A DNA stretch of 38,394 nucleotides. It comes from Chloroflexota bacterium. GTDB lineage: Bacteria > Chloroflexota > UBA11872 > UBA12225. Below, one piece after another: positions 16,190 to 24,964 of this stretch (positions within the stretch are counted from its first letter, which is position 1; the number at the start of each line of letters is the position of its first letter). Location of the stretch: positions 1 through 38,394 of the forward strand of contig BJHB01000001.1 in NCBI GenBank assembly GCA_014191415.1, in the 5' to 3' direction. The notes under the pieces were generated by a model that worked only from the letters and a program-made list of their open reading frames with translations, was not told the DNA's origin and ran no database searches. Made by a program: the position numbers and the translations under genes.

Positions 16190-17572
16190 CTACACATTCA
16201 TGAACATGCGCTGAAGTACCTCGACCGCCCCCTCGAAGTCGGTGACGTCCTCGGCATCCTGGCGCAGGTACTCACGAACCCGTGGCATCATCGCCAAGGC
16301 GAAGTCGATCGCGGGATTGCTCCCAGATGCATACGCCCCGATGTTGATCAGGTCGCGGGCACTGGCGTACGTCGCCAGCACCTCACGCAGCAATCCTGCT
16401 GAGTGCTTGTGGGCAGGTGAAACCAGTTCGCTCATCAACCGCGAAATGCTTTGCAGGATGTCGATCGATGGGTAGTGATTCTCGGCAGCCATCTCGCGTG
16501 ACAGCACGATGTGGCCATCGAGGATCGATCGCACCGCGTCGGTGATCGGTTCCTGAAGATCGTCCCCCTCCACCAGGACGGTGTAGAACCCGGTTACGGT
16601 TCCGTTTGCCGAAGCACCGGTCCGCTCCATGAGCCGTGGCAGCATCGCGAAGACCGACGGCGTGTACCCACGCGTCGCCGGTGGCTCACCAATGGTGAGA
16701 CCCACTTCCCGCTGCGCCATTGCAAAGCGCGTGACCGAGTCCATCAGGAAGGAGACATGCATGCCCCCCTCACGGAAGTACTCGGCAACCGACGTCGCAA
16801 CCCACGCCGCCTTGACCCGCACCAGCGCCGGCTGGTCGGAGGTAGAGACGATCACGACCGACCGACTCAGTCCTTGCGGACCAAGGTCGCGTTCGATGAA
16901 CTCCCGCACCTCTCGACCTCGCTCACCGATGAGCGCGATCACGTTGACGTCGGCCGCTACCCCGCGGGCGATCATGCCCAGCAGGGTGCTCTTCCCGACA
17001 CCGGACCCAGCGAAGATGCCTAGGCGTTGGCCTCGCCCGCAGGTCAGCATCCCGTCAATTGCTCTCACCCCCGTTGGCAGCGGTTCGGTGATACGCGCAC
17101 GTGACAGGGCTGCCGGCGGGGCGTTTCCAACCCCGAAGCGTCGCCCGCTGATCGGACCCTTGCCATCGATCGGCCTCCCCAGACCATCGATGACACGCCC
17201 GACAAGGGCCGGACCGAGTACCAGGGAAAACCCACCGCCGGTGGCAACGACGGTGGAACCCGGGGAGATGCCACTCATCTCCCCGAGGGGCATGAGAACC
17301 ACGCGATCCCCCCGGAACCCGACGACTTCGGCGATGATCGCCTCGCCGCCTCGCGCCGGATGAACCTCGCAGATCTCACCGACCTCGCACACCAGTCCCT
17401 CGGCCTCTACCGTCAACCCAATGACCTGCACCACCTTGCCGGCGCACCGGAAGGTGTCGATGTCATCAAGCGTGTGTCGGTATCGCCCGAAGTCGAACTC
17501 CGCTCCTTGAGAGGCTGGCAGTGCCTCTGCATCAAGCCCAGTCAGTGGTCCGGTCAGTAAGGAAGACGTCAT
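16190..17572 (-). CDS. fliI: flagellum-specific ATPase FliI
   Basis: Walker A GSGVGKST and Walker B-like VSFLMDSVTRFA. F1/T3SS-ATPase-like sequence throughout. ATGA overlap with the fliH stop. Confidence 0.97.
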   Translation of the reverse strand: MTSSLLTGPLTGLDAEALPASQGAEFDFGRYRHTLDDIDTFRCAGKVVQVIGLTVEAEGLVCEVGEICEVHPARGGEAIIAEVVGFRGDRVVLMPLGEMSGISPGSTVVATGGGFSLVLGPALVGRVIDGLGRPIDGKGPISGRRFGVGNAPPAALSRARITEPLPTGVRAIDGMLTCGRGQRLGIFAGSGVGKSTLLGMIARGVAADVNVIALIGERGREVREFIERDLGPQGLSRSVVIVSTSDQPALVRVKAAWVATSVAEYFREGGMHVSFLMDSVTRFAMAQREVGLTIGEPPATRGYTPSVFAMLPRLMERTGASANGTVTGFYTVLVEGDDLQEPITDAVRSILDGHIVLSREMAAENHYPSIDILQSISRLMSELVSPAHKHSAGLLREVLATYASARDLINIGAYASGSNPAIDFALAMMPRVREYLRQDAEDVTDFEGAVEVLQRMFMNV

Positions 17573-18405
17573 CGCGAGCCACCCCCGTCATCGATCGTGA
17601 CGCCGGTAAGGCCAGAGAAGGCTGAACTGACGCGTTCCAGCTGCGTCTCAAGACGACCGTCAACTGTTCCGCGTCGTGTCTCAACAACCAGGCCGATCCG
17701 CTCGATTGACGCGTCCGGAACAATCTCCAGTCCCCTGTTCGCGTAACTCACGGCGACCTGCCGCAGCGTGTCACCGAGAAGTCTGATCGTGTCGGGATGA
17801 ATGCGTACCCGAATCCCATCCTGGGCAGTCACGCGCTTGAGCGCCTCGGATACGAGCCCATGCATGATCTCGGGCCGCGCCTGCACCTCTGAATGGATGA
17901 TCTTCCGCGCAACCTCGACGGCCACGCCAACGACATCCGGTTCCGCCTCAGCGATCAGTTGGGCACGGTCAACGCGCGCCTGCATCGCCATCTTCATGGC
18001 AATCTCAAGGTGACCCGCAACTTCGGCAAGCCCTTGGGCATGCCCCTCGGATCGCCCCTCTTCCCGCGCCGCCTCAACCTTTGCTTCCTGCTCGGCCAGG
18101 AAGCGCCTCGCCTCTTGCAGGGTGTAGATCGTCTCCCCTACCTCATCAATGCGTCGCTTGGCCTCAGCGATGGTCTCGGCAACCTCCGCCTTCGCGTCAG
18201 CAATCAGCGTCTGCGAGTCGGCGTGCGCCTTCAACCGCTCAGCTCGCGCCTCCCCGAACAGGCGTTCGGCAGCGGCGTTCAGGTCCACCGTGCGCCGGCG
18301 CCTCTCGATCGTGGCTTCCAGCGCGGCGGCACTTTCGGCCGACCCGATGGCTGCCCGAACGACCAGCGCCTGCGACTGGATGTCCGGCCCCTTGAGAACA
18401 CTCAT
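17569..18405 (-). CDS. fliH: flagellar assembly protein FliH
   Basis: Coiled-coil Ala/Glu-rich N-terminal part and FliH-like C-terminal domain (IVPDASIERIGLVVETRRGTVDGRLETQLERV). Sits between fliG and fliI. Confidence 0.8.
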   Translation of the reverse strand: MSVLKGPDIQSQALVVRAAIGSAESAAALEATIERRRRTVDLNAAAERLFGEARAERLKAHADSQTLIADAKAEVAETIAEAKRRIDEVGETIYTLQEARRFLAEQEAKVEAAREEGRSEGHAQGLAEVAGHLEIAMKMAMQARVDRAQLIAEAEPDVVGVAVEVARKIIHSEVQARPEIMHGLVSEALKRVTAQDGIRVRIHPDTIRLLGDTLRQVAVSYANRGLEIVPDASIERIGLVVETRRGTVDGRLETQLERVSSAFSGLTGVTIDDGGGSR

Positions 18406-18408
18406 GGC

Positions 18409-19482
18409 CTACTTGAACTCCTCGCCACCGCCGCGTGCGATGACGATTTCCTCGTTCTGCTCGAGACGACGCACCACGGCGACGACCTTCTGCTGGGCCT
18501 CCTCGATGGCCGAGAGACGCTGCGGACCCATGATTTCGATGTCGTCCTTCATCTGGACCGCCGACCTCGACGACATGCCCTTGAAGAACTTGACCCGCAT
18601 CTCCTCCGAAGCACCACGCAACGCCAGGGCAAGGTCCTTGCCGTCGCACTCACGCACGATCTTCGGCATGTCGCGGTCACCGAGCCTCATGATGTCGCTG
18701 AAGACAAACATGTTCTTCTGGACTTCGTCAGCAAGCTCGGGCGCCATCTCTCCCAGCGCATCCATGATGAACTTGGTATTTCCGGGATCGCTCTTCTGCA
18801 GCAAACTGACCACATGCTGAACCCCGCCCGAACGCTCCAGGGAGCCGGCACTGAGCGATGCGAACTTGAGGCGAAGCAGACGCTCCACCTCGCGCACCAC
18901 GTCAGGCGATGTCCGGTCCATCATCGCGATCCGCATGGCAACCTCAGCCTGGATGTCACTTGGAAGGGCGGACAGCACGGAGGCCGCCTGCACCGGGTCC
19001 AGGTACGCGATGATCATCGCGACGGTCTGGGGATGCTCGGTCTTGATGAAGGCGATCAGCTGGCTCGTCTCAGCCTTGCGGAGGAAAGCAAACGGTGGCG
19101 TGGTTGCCTGCGTGGTGAGACGGCTAAGCATCTCGTTTGCACGGTTAGGCAAAAGGGTCTTGTTGAGGACGTGACGCAGGAAGGGCAGGCCTCCGGCAAC
19201 ACCACCCTCGTCACCACCGAGCTGTTCCGCGACTTCGTCAAGGATCGCGTCAGCAACATCTGCGGACAGGTATCGCTGCTTGTGGATCTCAAGCGCAATG
19301 CGCTCGACATCATCCTCTGGCATGTTCTTGAGGATGGCGGTTGCCGCCTCCTCACCAACCGCGATCAGGAAAGCCGCAACCCGCTCATGACCGGTCAAGC
19401 CGGAAAGCGGACCAATCCGCGTCCCACTCCCTGAAGGGCCCGGCAGTGCGGGTAACGCTGTTGTCGTTGATGTCGCTGCCAT
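18409..19482 (-). CDS. fliG: flagellar motor switch protein FliG
   Basis: FliG pattern throughout: ERVAAFLIAVGEEAATAILKNMPEDDVERIALEI..., MFVFSDIMRLGDRDMPKIVRE..., QQKVVAVVRRLEQNEEIVI. Confidence 0.95.
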   Translation of the reverse strand: MAATSTTTALPALPGPSGSGTRIGPLSGLTGHERVAAFLIAVGEEAATAILKNMPEDDVERIALEIHKQRYLSADVADAILDEVAEQLGGDEGGVAGGLPFLRHVLNKTLLPNRANEMLSRLTTQATTPPFAFLRKAETSQLIAFIKTEHPQTVAMIIAYLDPVQAASVLSALPSDIQAEVAMRIAMMDRTSPDVVREVERLLRLKFASLSAGSLERSGGVQHVVSLLQKSDPGNTKFIMDALGEMAPELADEVQKNMFVFSDIMRLGDRDMPKIVRECDGKDLALALRGASEEMRVKFFKGMSSRSAVQMKDDIEIMGPQRLSAIEEAQQKVVAVVRRLEQNEEIVIARGGGEEFK

Positions 19483-19645
19483 GTCTCTGCCTCGGTGTCG
19501 TCGCGTGTGAGTTTGAGTGCCGCGTGCATGCGCTCCGGTTCGGCGTTACCGACCGAAGCTGGAACCGGACTGCAGAAGCCCGTCACAGCGACCGGCGTTC
19601 AACCAGCCTCCCTGACGGGGCACTGCCCTGGGTGAGAGTGACCCG

Positions 19646-21400
19646 CTAGCTGGCTCCCGCCATCGCGCTGTCAATTGCCATCCACTTGCTCAGTGTCTCG
19701 CCGATCAGCGCAGGCTGCTCCATCGCCAGGCGACGGACTTCCTCGCGACGACGTGCCCGCTCCGATGGGCTCAGTTGCCTTGAGCGAACCCGGGCCGACT
19801 CGTACTTGGCACGTTCCTCAGGAGCCATTGACGCCAGCACATGAGGAGGCAGCTCTGCCCCATCACCGCTCATGAGGGCCGAGATCTGTGCCTCGATTGC
19901 CTCAGGTGACTGGAGCGCTGCAACTCCACCCTTGCCGTCCGGAAGGAGGCCGGCACCGTCGACGCCACCGGCAGCTGCGGCACCGGATGGGCGGATGCTC
20001 GCTGACAACATCCGGAAGAGAAGCGCCATGCCGATCAGTGCAACCACCAACCCGCCGGCCTTCACACCCATCTGGATGAGGTCGTTCTGACGCGCCTGGG
20101 CGGTCTCGTCCTCGATCGTCTTGGCAAGGTTCGCCGACATCGTCGTGTCGAACGGCACCGTCACCACCGCGATCTGGTCACCACGCGCTGGCTGGAGGCC
20201 GACCGCCGCCGAAACTGCCTGCGTAAGCTGCTCGGCCTGGATGTTCTGCACCGCCTGGTCGATCATGACCGCGATGCCGACGTTCTTGAGCTCGCCCGGA
20301 GCCCGGGAGATTGCGCGCTTGTCGCTCGAAACCTCGTAGTTTGAGGTCACTTCAGACTTCTGATAGCTGGAAGTGCCACCACCAGCCCCGCCGGCGGCGC
20401 CTGCCTGGTAGGTGGGGATGTTGGCCTGAGTGCCCGGAACCCCGCCAGCCGCCGCCTGGGCATCAGCGCCCTGACCGGCAAAGCTCTCACGGGTGTCCTT
20501 CTGGCTGCGAGTCTGGGGCTGGAGCGTGCCGGGGGAGAAGGTTTCAACCTTCTGCTCAACCACATCCCAATCGAGGGCAACCGTGGCCTTCACCACCGAC
20601 CGGCCCTTGCCAATCGCCTGGTCGAGGAGGTTCTGGACCTTGCGCTCGATCTCCAGCTCCCGTTGGTGCTGGATTTCGACCCGCATGCTCGCCTGCTTGT
20701 CACGAGCTCCATCCGCCGAATCTGACTTGCCGAGGGTGTTCCCTGCGGTATCGACGACACCGACGTTCTCAGGCTTCAGGCCCTCTACCGACCGTGACAC
20801 CAGAAACTTGACTGATGAAATCTGATCGTCGGTGAGCTTGGCACCCGCCTTGAGCTTCAGAACAACACTGGCGCTTGCATCTCGCTGCTGAGCGGCGAAC
20901 AGGCGATCCTGTGGGAGGACAAGATGAACCCGCGCCTGATCAACTGCGCTGAGACGCCCGATGGTGCGCATCAACTCACCTTCCAGTCCACGCTGGTAGT
21001 TGAGTTTCTGCGCAAAGTCGGTGATGCCGAGGTTGCTTCGATCGAAGACCTCCATGCCGACCACCCCGACACCGCTGCCGTTTGGCAGACCGGCGCTGGC
21101 GAGCTGCAGGCGGAGATCCGCGGCTTGCTCATTCGGAACCCGGACGGTTGAACCGCCATCGGTGATCGAATACGTGACCTTGAGTTCACGCAACTTTCCC
21201 ACCACGGCTGCTGCATCAGGCTCGGCCAGGTTAGTGTAGAGCGGCACCGTTGCCGGTGCCTGCAGATACACGAATGCTGCGAAGAGCGCGGCAAAAACCG
21301 CCACTGCTCCGACAACAAAACCTAGCTGGCGTCCCCGTCCCATGCCTGCAATGGCTTGGGGCAGATCCCTGAACGGTTGACTCATGCCTTCGCTGTTCAC
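19646..21400 (-). CDS. fliF: flagellar MS-ring protein FliF
   Basis: N-terminal TM helix, then YTNLAEPDAAAVVGKLRELKVTYSITDGGSTVRVP and LNYQRGLEGELMRTIGRLSAVDQARVHLVLP. C-terminal TM helix. GTG start with GGGAGG 5 nt upstream. Confidence 0.95.
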   Translation of the reverse strand: MNSEGMSQPFRDLPQAIAGMGRGRQLGFVVGAVAVFAALFAAFVYLQAPATVPLYTNLAEPDAAAVVGKLRELKVTYSITDGGSTVRVPNEQAADLRLQLASAGLPNGSGVGVVGMEVFDRSNLGITDFAQKLNYQRGLEGELMRTIGRLSAVDQARVHLVLPQDRLFAAQQRDASASVVLKLKAGAKLTDDQISSVKFLVSRSVEGLKPENVGVVDTAGNTLGKSDSADGARDKQASMRVEIQHQRELEIERKVQNLLDQAIGKGRSVVKATVALDWDVVEQKVETFSPGTLQPQTRSQKDTRESFAGQGADAQAAAGGVPGTQANIPTYQAGAAGGAGGGTSSYQKSEVTSNYEVSSDKRAISRAPGELKNVGIAVMIDQAVQNIQAEQLTQAVSAAVGLQPARGDQIAVVTVPFDTTMSANLAKTIEDETAQARQNDLIQMGVKAGGLVVALIGMALLFRMLSASIRPSGAAAAGGVDGAGLLPDGKGGVAALQSPEAIEAQISALMSGDGAELPPHVLASMAPEERAKYESARVRSRQLSPSERARRREEVRRLAMEQPALIGETLSKWMAIDSAMAGAS

Positions 21401-21568
21401 CGGCGCCTCCCACGGACTTTGACAATCGACACCCTGTCGAGCGTTCTCGACTCAGGGCCAGGACTGCCCGCAACAACCGCATCCGCCACTTGCCTCGCTA
21501 ACCAACATCTTGGTTGCGGTGCCGTCAGGTCACGTGGCAGCGTGACCCCACCGGCGGACGCGAGTTGC

Positions 21569-21937
21569 CTAGATCTGCATACGAACGACTTCCTGATACG
21601 CCTCAAGCAGCTTGTTCCGGACCTGGACAGCCAACCCGAATGAAAGGTTTGCGCTCTCCATGCCGATCAACACTTGATGAAGGTCAACCGATTCGCCGGC
21701 GACGAGTTTGGCAGCCTTGTCGTCGGCGGACTTGAACGCCTCGTTGGTGTCCTGCAGTGCATTGGCGAGGACGGTCGCGAACGACTCCATCACACCCTTC
21801 GCCGGAGGACCAGACTGCACGCCGGGCAGTGCCAGGTTCGCCACATTTGCGGCGGCCGGGACAACACCACGCGCCACCCCAGCCCCATAAGACCCGCTGA
21901 TCCCTGGCGGCATAATCGCCGGCAACGTCATGTCCAT
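21569..21937 (-). CDS. fliE: flagellar hook-basal body complex protein FliE
   Basis: C-terminal FKSADDKAAKLVAGESVDLHQVLIGMESANLSFGLAVQVRNKLLEAYQEVVRMQI is typical of FliE. AGGGAG upstream of the ATG. Confidence 0.85.
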   Translation of the reverse strand: MDMTLPAIMPPGISGSYGAGVARGVVPAAANVANLALPGVQSGPPAKGVMESFATVLANALQDTNEAFKSADDKAAKLVAGESVDLHQVLIGMESANLSFGLAVQVRNKLLEAYQEVVRMQI

Positions 21938-22027
21938 CGCATCGATCTCCCTTCAGTGCAGGTACCGGTCTGTCTCGCCGTTCGTGTGGTCCATTCCCGT
22001 GGCAGCGGTTCAGAACCCCGACGTGAC

Positions 22028-22504
22028 TTACCGGCCGATTTCGAGTGCCTTGCTGGCCATCGCCTTGGCTGCGTTGAGCGCGGTCACGTTTGCCTCGTAG
22101 GCGCGGGTTGCCGACAGCATGTCGGCCATCTCCGTCACCGGATCAATATCGGGATACGAGACAAATCCCTCGGTATCGGCATCCGGATGGTCGGGTTCGA
22201 AGGCCCGCTTTGCGGGACGCCCATCAGGACCGACCGACGTCACCTGGACACCGTTCCCGACCCCCCGGCCGGATCCGGACGGACCCGCCGATGGGACGTT
22301 CACAATGCCATGGGCAAGCAGGATCGTCCGGAATGGCGTCGTTTCCTGCCGTGACCCGAATACGACCTGCTGACGGCGGTACGGACCACCCTCAGCCGTG
22401 CGTGTCGTGTTCATGTTCGCGATGTTGTTCGCGATCACGTCGGTGCGGAGCCTCTGCGCAGTTAGCGCCGACCCTGCAATCCGTAGTGCATTGAAGAACG
22501 ACAT
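22028..22504 (-). CDS. flgC: flagellar basal-body rod protein FlgC
   Basis: MSFFNALRIAGSALTAQRLRTDVIANNIANMNTTRT... and C-terminal VSYPDIDPVTEMADMLSATRAYEANVTALNAAKAMASKALEIGR. Start set to ATG 22504 with GGAGG 5 nt upstream. Confidence 0.93.
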   Translation of the reverse strand: MSFFNALRIAGSALTAQRLRTDVIANNIANMNTTRTAEGGPYRRQQVVFGSRQETTPFRTILLAHGIVNVPSAGPSGSGRGVGNGVQVTSVGPDGRPAKRAFEPDHPDADTEGFVSYPDIDPVTEMADMLSATRAYEANVTALNAAKAMASKALEIGR

Positions 22505-22588
22505 TCGTGCCTCCGACCGCAAATCTCACACCGACAAATCGCGTGGTGTGCCCTTGCGGAGAAGCATAGGTGTGGGGGTTGTCCGCCT

Positions 22589-22665
22589 CTATCGGGGATT
22601 CCCCTATAGGCCGTCCGTCGTATGGTGGAGAGACCGGGAAACTGGTCGGAAATCACCTGATTTCC
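22589..22665 (-). promoter_or_regulatory. two palindromes in the flgC upstream/leader region
   Basis: 22589-22609 is CTATCGGGGA-T-TCCCCTATAG (10-bp arms, 1 mismatch). 22648-22665 is GGAAATCA-CC-TGATTTCC (perfect 8-bp arms). Both lie between the upstream terminator and the flgC SD. Confidence 0.3.
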
Positions 22666-22873
22666 CCTGAATCTTCCCGTCCACACCCCTACCGGACCCT
22701 GCGTGAACACCGTTCCCGCCCCATGGCGATCAAGATCACCAGGCACGATGCGGGGTGGGCGATGATCGCCAATCAACCCGTCAGATCGCAACGGATCGCC
22801 ACTTCGATACCCAGACCGGAACGCGCCGATGCTGCTTGATGGCGCACGGAAGGTCGTTGGTCACTGATGGCGC

Positions 22874-22908
22874 ATCAAAACAAACAGGCCGCCTCAATGA
22901 GGCGGCCT
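22874..22908 (-). terminator. intrinsic terminator after the coiled-coil repeat gene
   Basis: Perfect 10-bp stem (22886-22895 AGGCCGCCTC / 22899-22908 GAGGCGGCCT). Followed on the minus strand by a U-rich tract (GUUUGUUUUG, plus 22874-22885). Confidence 0.75.
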
Positions 22909-22934
22909 GGCGCAAACTGGGGGGTTGCAGTTGA

Positions 22935-24800
22935 TCAGGCGTCGGTCGTCAGGTTGAGGACGCCGTCGATATCGCTGACAAATCGCAAACGAACTCCATC
23001 AAGCTTGGTGAGGCGTCCACGGAGGGGCACCACTACCTTGTGGGAGATCTCAAGCGTGAGGATCCCGCGCTCATACCCGTTTGCCTTCGCCTCACTGACC
23101 CCATCAACCTGCGCAATCGTGCGTTGCAGGGCCAATGCGCGGGAGAACCCGGGAACTCCGGCAATGACCACCGTAGTGCGCACCATGGCGTCCGGATCAC
23201 TGCCTTCCGGAACCTCCACGTGATGGTCATCATCGGCTTGATCCGAATCAGGTTCGGGTACCTCAGGGCCACCCTCGTCCGTGATGTCTTTCATTGCAGA
23301 GTCGACAAGGTCGCCATCCGGTGACGTGTGTTCGGCTGCCTCCTCGGCGTGTTCCTCGGGAGCTTTCTGGGCTTCGGCTTGGGCGGCCTCTTCGGCAGCG
23401 TGCTGGGCGGCCTCTTCGGCAGCGTGCTGGGCGGCCTCTTCGGCAGCGTGCTGGGCGGCCTCTTCGGCAGCGTGCTGGGCGGCCTCTTCGGCAGCGTGGC
23501 GTGCGGCCTCTTCGGCAGCGTGGCGTGCGGCCTCTTCGGCAGCGTGGCGTGCGGCCTCTTCGGCAGCGTGGCGTGCGGCCTCTTCGGCGGCGTGGCGTGC
23601 GGCCTCTTCGGCGGCGTGGCGTGCGGCCTCTTCGGCGGCGTGGCGTGCGGCCTCTTCGGCGGCGTGGCGTGCGGCCTCTTCGGCGGCGTGACGCGCAGCT
23701 TCCTCAGCCGTCCGGCGTGATGCCGCGTCCGCCTCGTGGCGGGCGGCATCCTCAGCGGCGCGTCGGGCGCCTTCCTCGGCCGCGTGGCGGGCCGCCTCTT
23801 CCGCAGCGTGACGCGCAGCTTCCTCGGCTGTCCGGCGTGATGCCGCGTCCGCCTCGTGGCGGGCAGCCTCCTCAGCGGCACGACGGGCGGCATCCTCGGC
23901 CGCGTGGCGGGCCGCCTCTTCCGCAGCCGCTCGCGCGGCCGCACGTTCCGCCTGTGCCTGGGCATCGGCGGCCGCCCGATCGGCGGCAGCGCGTTCAGCG
24001 ATAGCCCGCGCCTCGGCAACCGCGCGCTCAGCCGCCGCAACGTCAGCGGAGATGCTCGTGGAAGCTCGGGCCGGAGCCGACCGCGTCCCCTGGATACCAC
24101 TCACCAAGCTGCTCAGGGTAGCCTCTGTCGCGGCTCCGCCCGATTGCTTCGGTGGCAGGATCCCACTCAGGCTGCCGCGCAGCGACTGGATCTGGCTGTT
24201 CAGGAAGTTGTCAATCATCCCCTGTATGTGCCCGACACGCTCCTCAAGGGCGCGCGCTTCCTCTTCCAGTTCGTTCTTCCGCGTCTGCGCACGCGAGATC
24301 ATCAACTCAACCGCGTTGGCAGCCTCGGACCGGAACTTGTCGATGTCCGCGATCTCGATCGCCCGCCGGTTGGCGAGCTCCTCATCCATCTGCTCGCGGC
24401 GGATCGTGTGTTCGGTATCCAGCGCCGCAGCCTTGCGGCTCAGCTCCTCTTCCTGAATGCGGAGGCGAACCGAAAGCTCGGTCTCCTGCTCGGTCCGCCG
24501 GCGATTGAACTCTTCCTCGAGCTCGTGACGGGTCCGGCGAAGTTCGCTGATCTCCTCAAGAAGACGGAGACGGTCGGCTTGCAGGCGACGCATGTACGCG
24601 TCGGCATCCTTCTCGACATCACTGCGAATGTCGGCCGCGCTCCGCAAGGCATACGAGATCTCATCCCGGATTGCCCGCTCCATGCGGTCGTACAGCTCCA
24701 ACCGGCGCCTAGCCCAGTCGTGCGTGATCCGCAGTTCCTCGGCAGATGCCTCGGGGGTGGAACCGCCACCCTTGGTCTCGTCACGTTCGCCTTGCGTCAT
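22935..24800 (-). CDS. coiled-coil protein with AEEAA(R/Q)HA octapeptide tandem array and a small globular C-terminal domain
   Basis: 621-aa ORF. ATG with GAGG about 8 nt upstream. N-terminal ~200 aa have heptad-like Arg/Glu/Leu-rich coiled-coil character. Central Ala/Glu/Arg/His repeats. The C-terminal ~90 aa are non-repetitive (VVIAGVPGFSRALALQRTIAQVDGVSEAKANGYERGILTLEISH...). No family recognised. Confidence 0.75.
   Translation of the reverse strand: MTQGERDETKGGGSTPEASAEELRITHDWARRRLELYDRMERAIRDEISYALRSAADIRSDVEKDADAYMRRLQADRLRLLEEISELRRTRHELEEEFNRRRTEQETELSVRLRIQEEELSRKAAALDTEHTIRREQMDEELANRRAIEIADIDKFRSEAANAVELMISRAQTRKNELEEEARALEERVGHIQGMIDNFLNSQIQSLRGSLSGILPPKQSGGAATEATLSSLVSGIQGTRSAPARASTSISADVAAAERAVAEARAIAERAAADRAAADAQAQAERAAARAAAEEAARHAAEDAARRAAEEAARHEADAASRRTAEEAARHAAEEAARHAAEEGARRAAEDAARHEADAASRRTAEEAARHAAEEAARHAAEEAARHAAEEAARHAAEEAARHAAEEAARHAAEEAARHAAEEAARHAAEEAARHAAEEAAQHAAEEAAQHAAEEAAQHAAEEAAQHAAEEAAQAEAQKAPEEHAEEAAEHTSPDGDLVDSAMKDITDEGGPEVPEPDSDQADDDHHVEVPEGSDPDAMVRTTVVIAGVPGFSRALALQRTIAQVDGVSEAKANGYERGILTLEISHKVVVPLRGRLTKLDGVRLRFVSDIDGVLNLTTDA
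23382..23926. repeat. in-frame tandem repeats: 24-bp unit x12 perfect (+1 variant), then 120-bp unit x2
   Basis: The 24-bp units form three blocks of four identical copies: GCGGCCTCTTCGGCAGCGTGCTGG (23382-23477), ...CAGCGTGGCGT (23478-23573) and ...CGGCGTGGCGT (23574-23669). A variant unit follows (23670-23693). The 120-bp copies are at 23687-23806 and 23807-23926, differing at a few positions. Confidence 0.95.
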
Positions 24801-24964
24801 CGTCTTCGCCTCTTCCCGCCGGTCGTCTCTTCCCCGGCCAGGTGCTCTTCCGTCACCACGGCACCCAGGCGCGTGCCGTGGCTGTGGTGTGGACTTCTCA
24901 GTTCAGGTGCCTTGACTGATCCGCCTCGCCGACGTGGCACCTATCTTATGTCACATTGTCATGG

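Noticed and set aside
17893-19434. 513-aa ORF on the plus strand
   Set aside because: It is antisense to fliH and fliG, which have unambiguous family signatures. The translation is Arg/Leu/His-rich and typical of a GC-rich antisense frame. The same reasoning applies to 12726..13748 (+) opposite fliK, 4417..5280 and 5045..5767 (+) opposite the FliK-like gene, and 14968..15993 (+) opposite the SLT gene and fliJ.
23382-23693. Possible CRISPR array because of regularly spaced identical 24-bp units
   Set aside because: The units are directly adjacent with no spacers. They are in frame inside a coding sequence and encode an octapeptide repeat. No cas genes are present.
23281-24100. Long ORFs on both strands and in several frames across the repeat region (e.g. 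23281..23691 +, 23294..24004 +, 23328..23720 +, 23291..24100 -)
   Set aside because: These are artefacts of the stop-free 24-bp and 120-bp tandem repeats. They give monotonous SSAAW/RPLRQRG/GLFGSV-type translations. Only the 22935..24800 (-) frame has an SD, non-repetitive flanks and a terminator.
24856-24881. 9-bp perfect hairpin (CCACGGCAC-8 nt-GTGCCGTGG) between the 392-aa gene and the coiled-coil gene, considered as a terminator
   Set aside because: There is no U-tract on either strand. It may be a leader or 3'UTR structure, but it cannot be called an intrinsic terminator.
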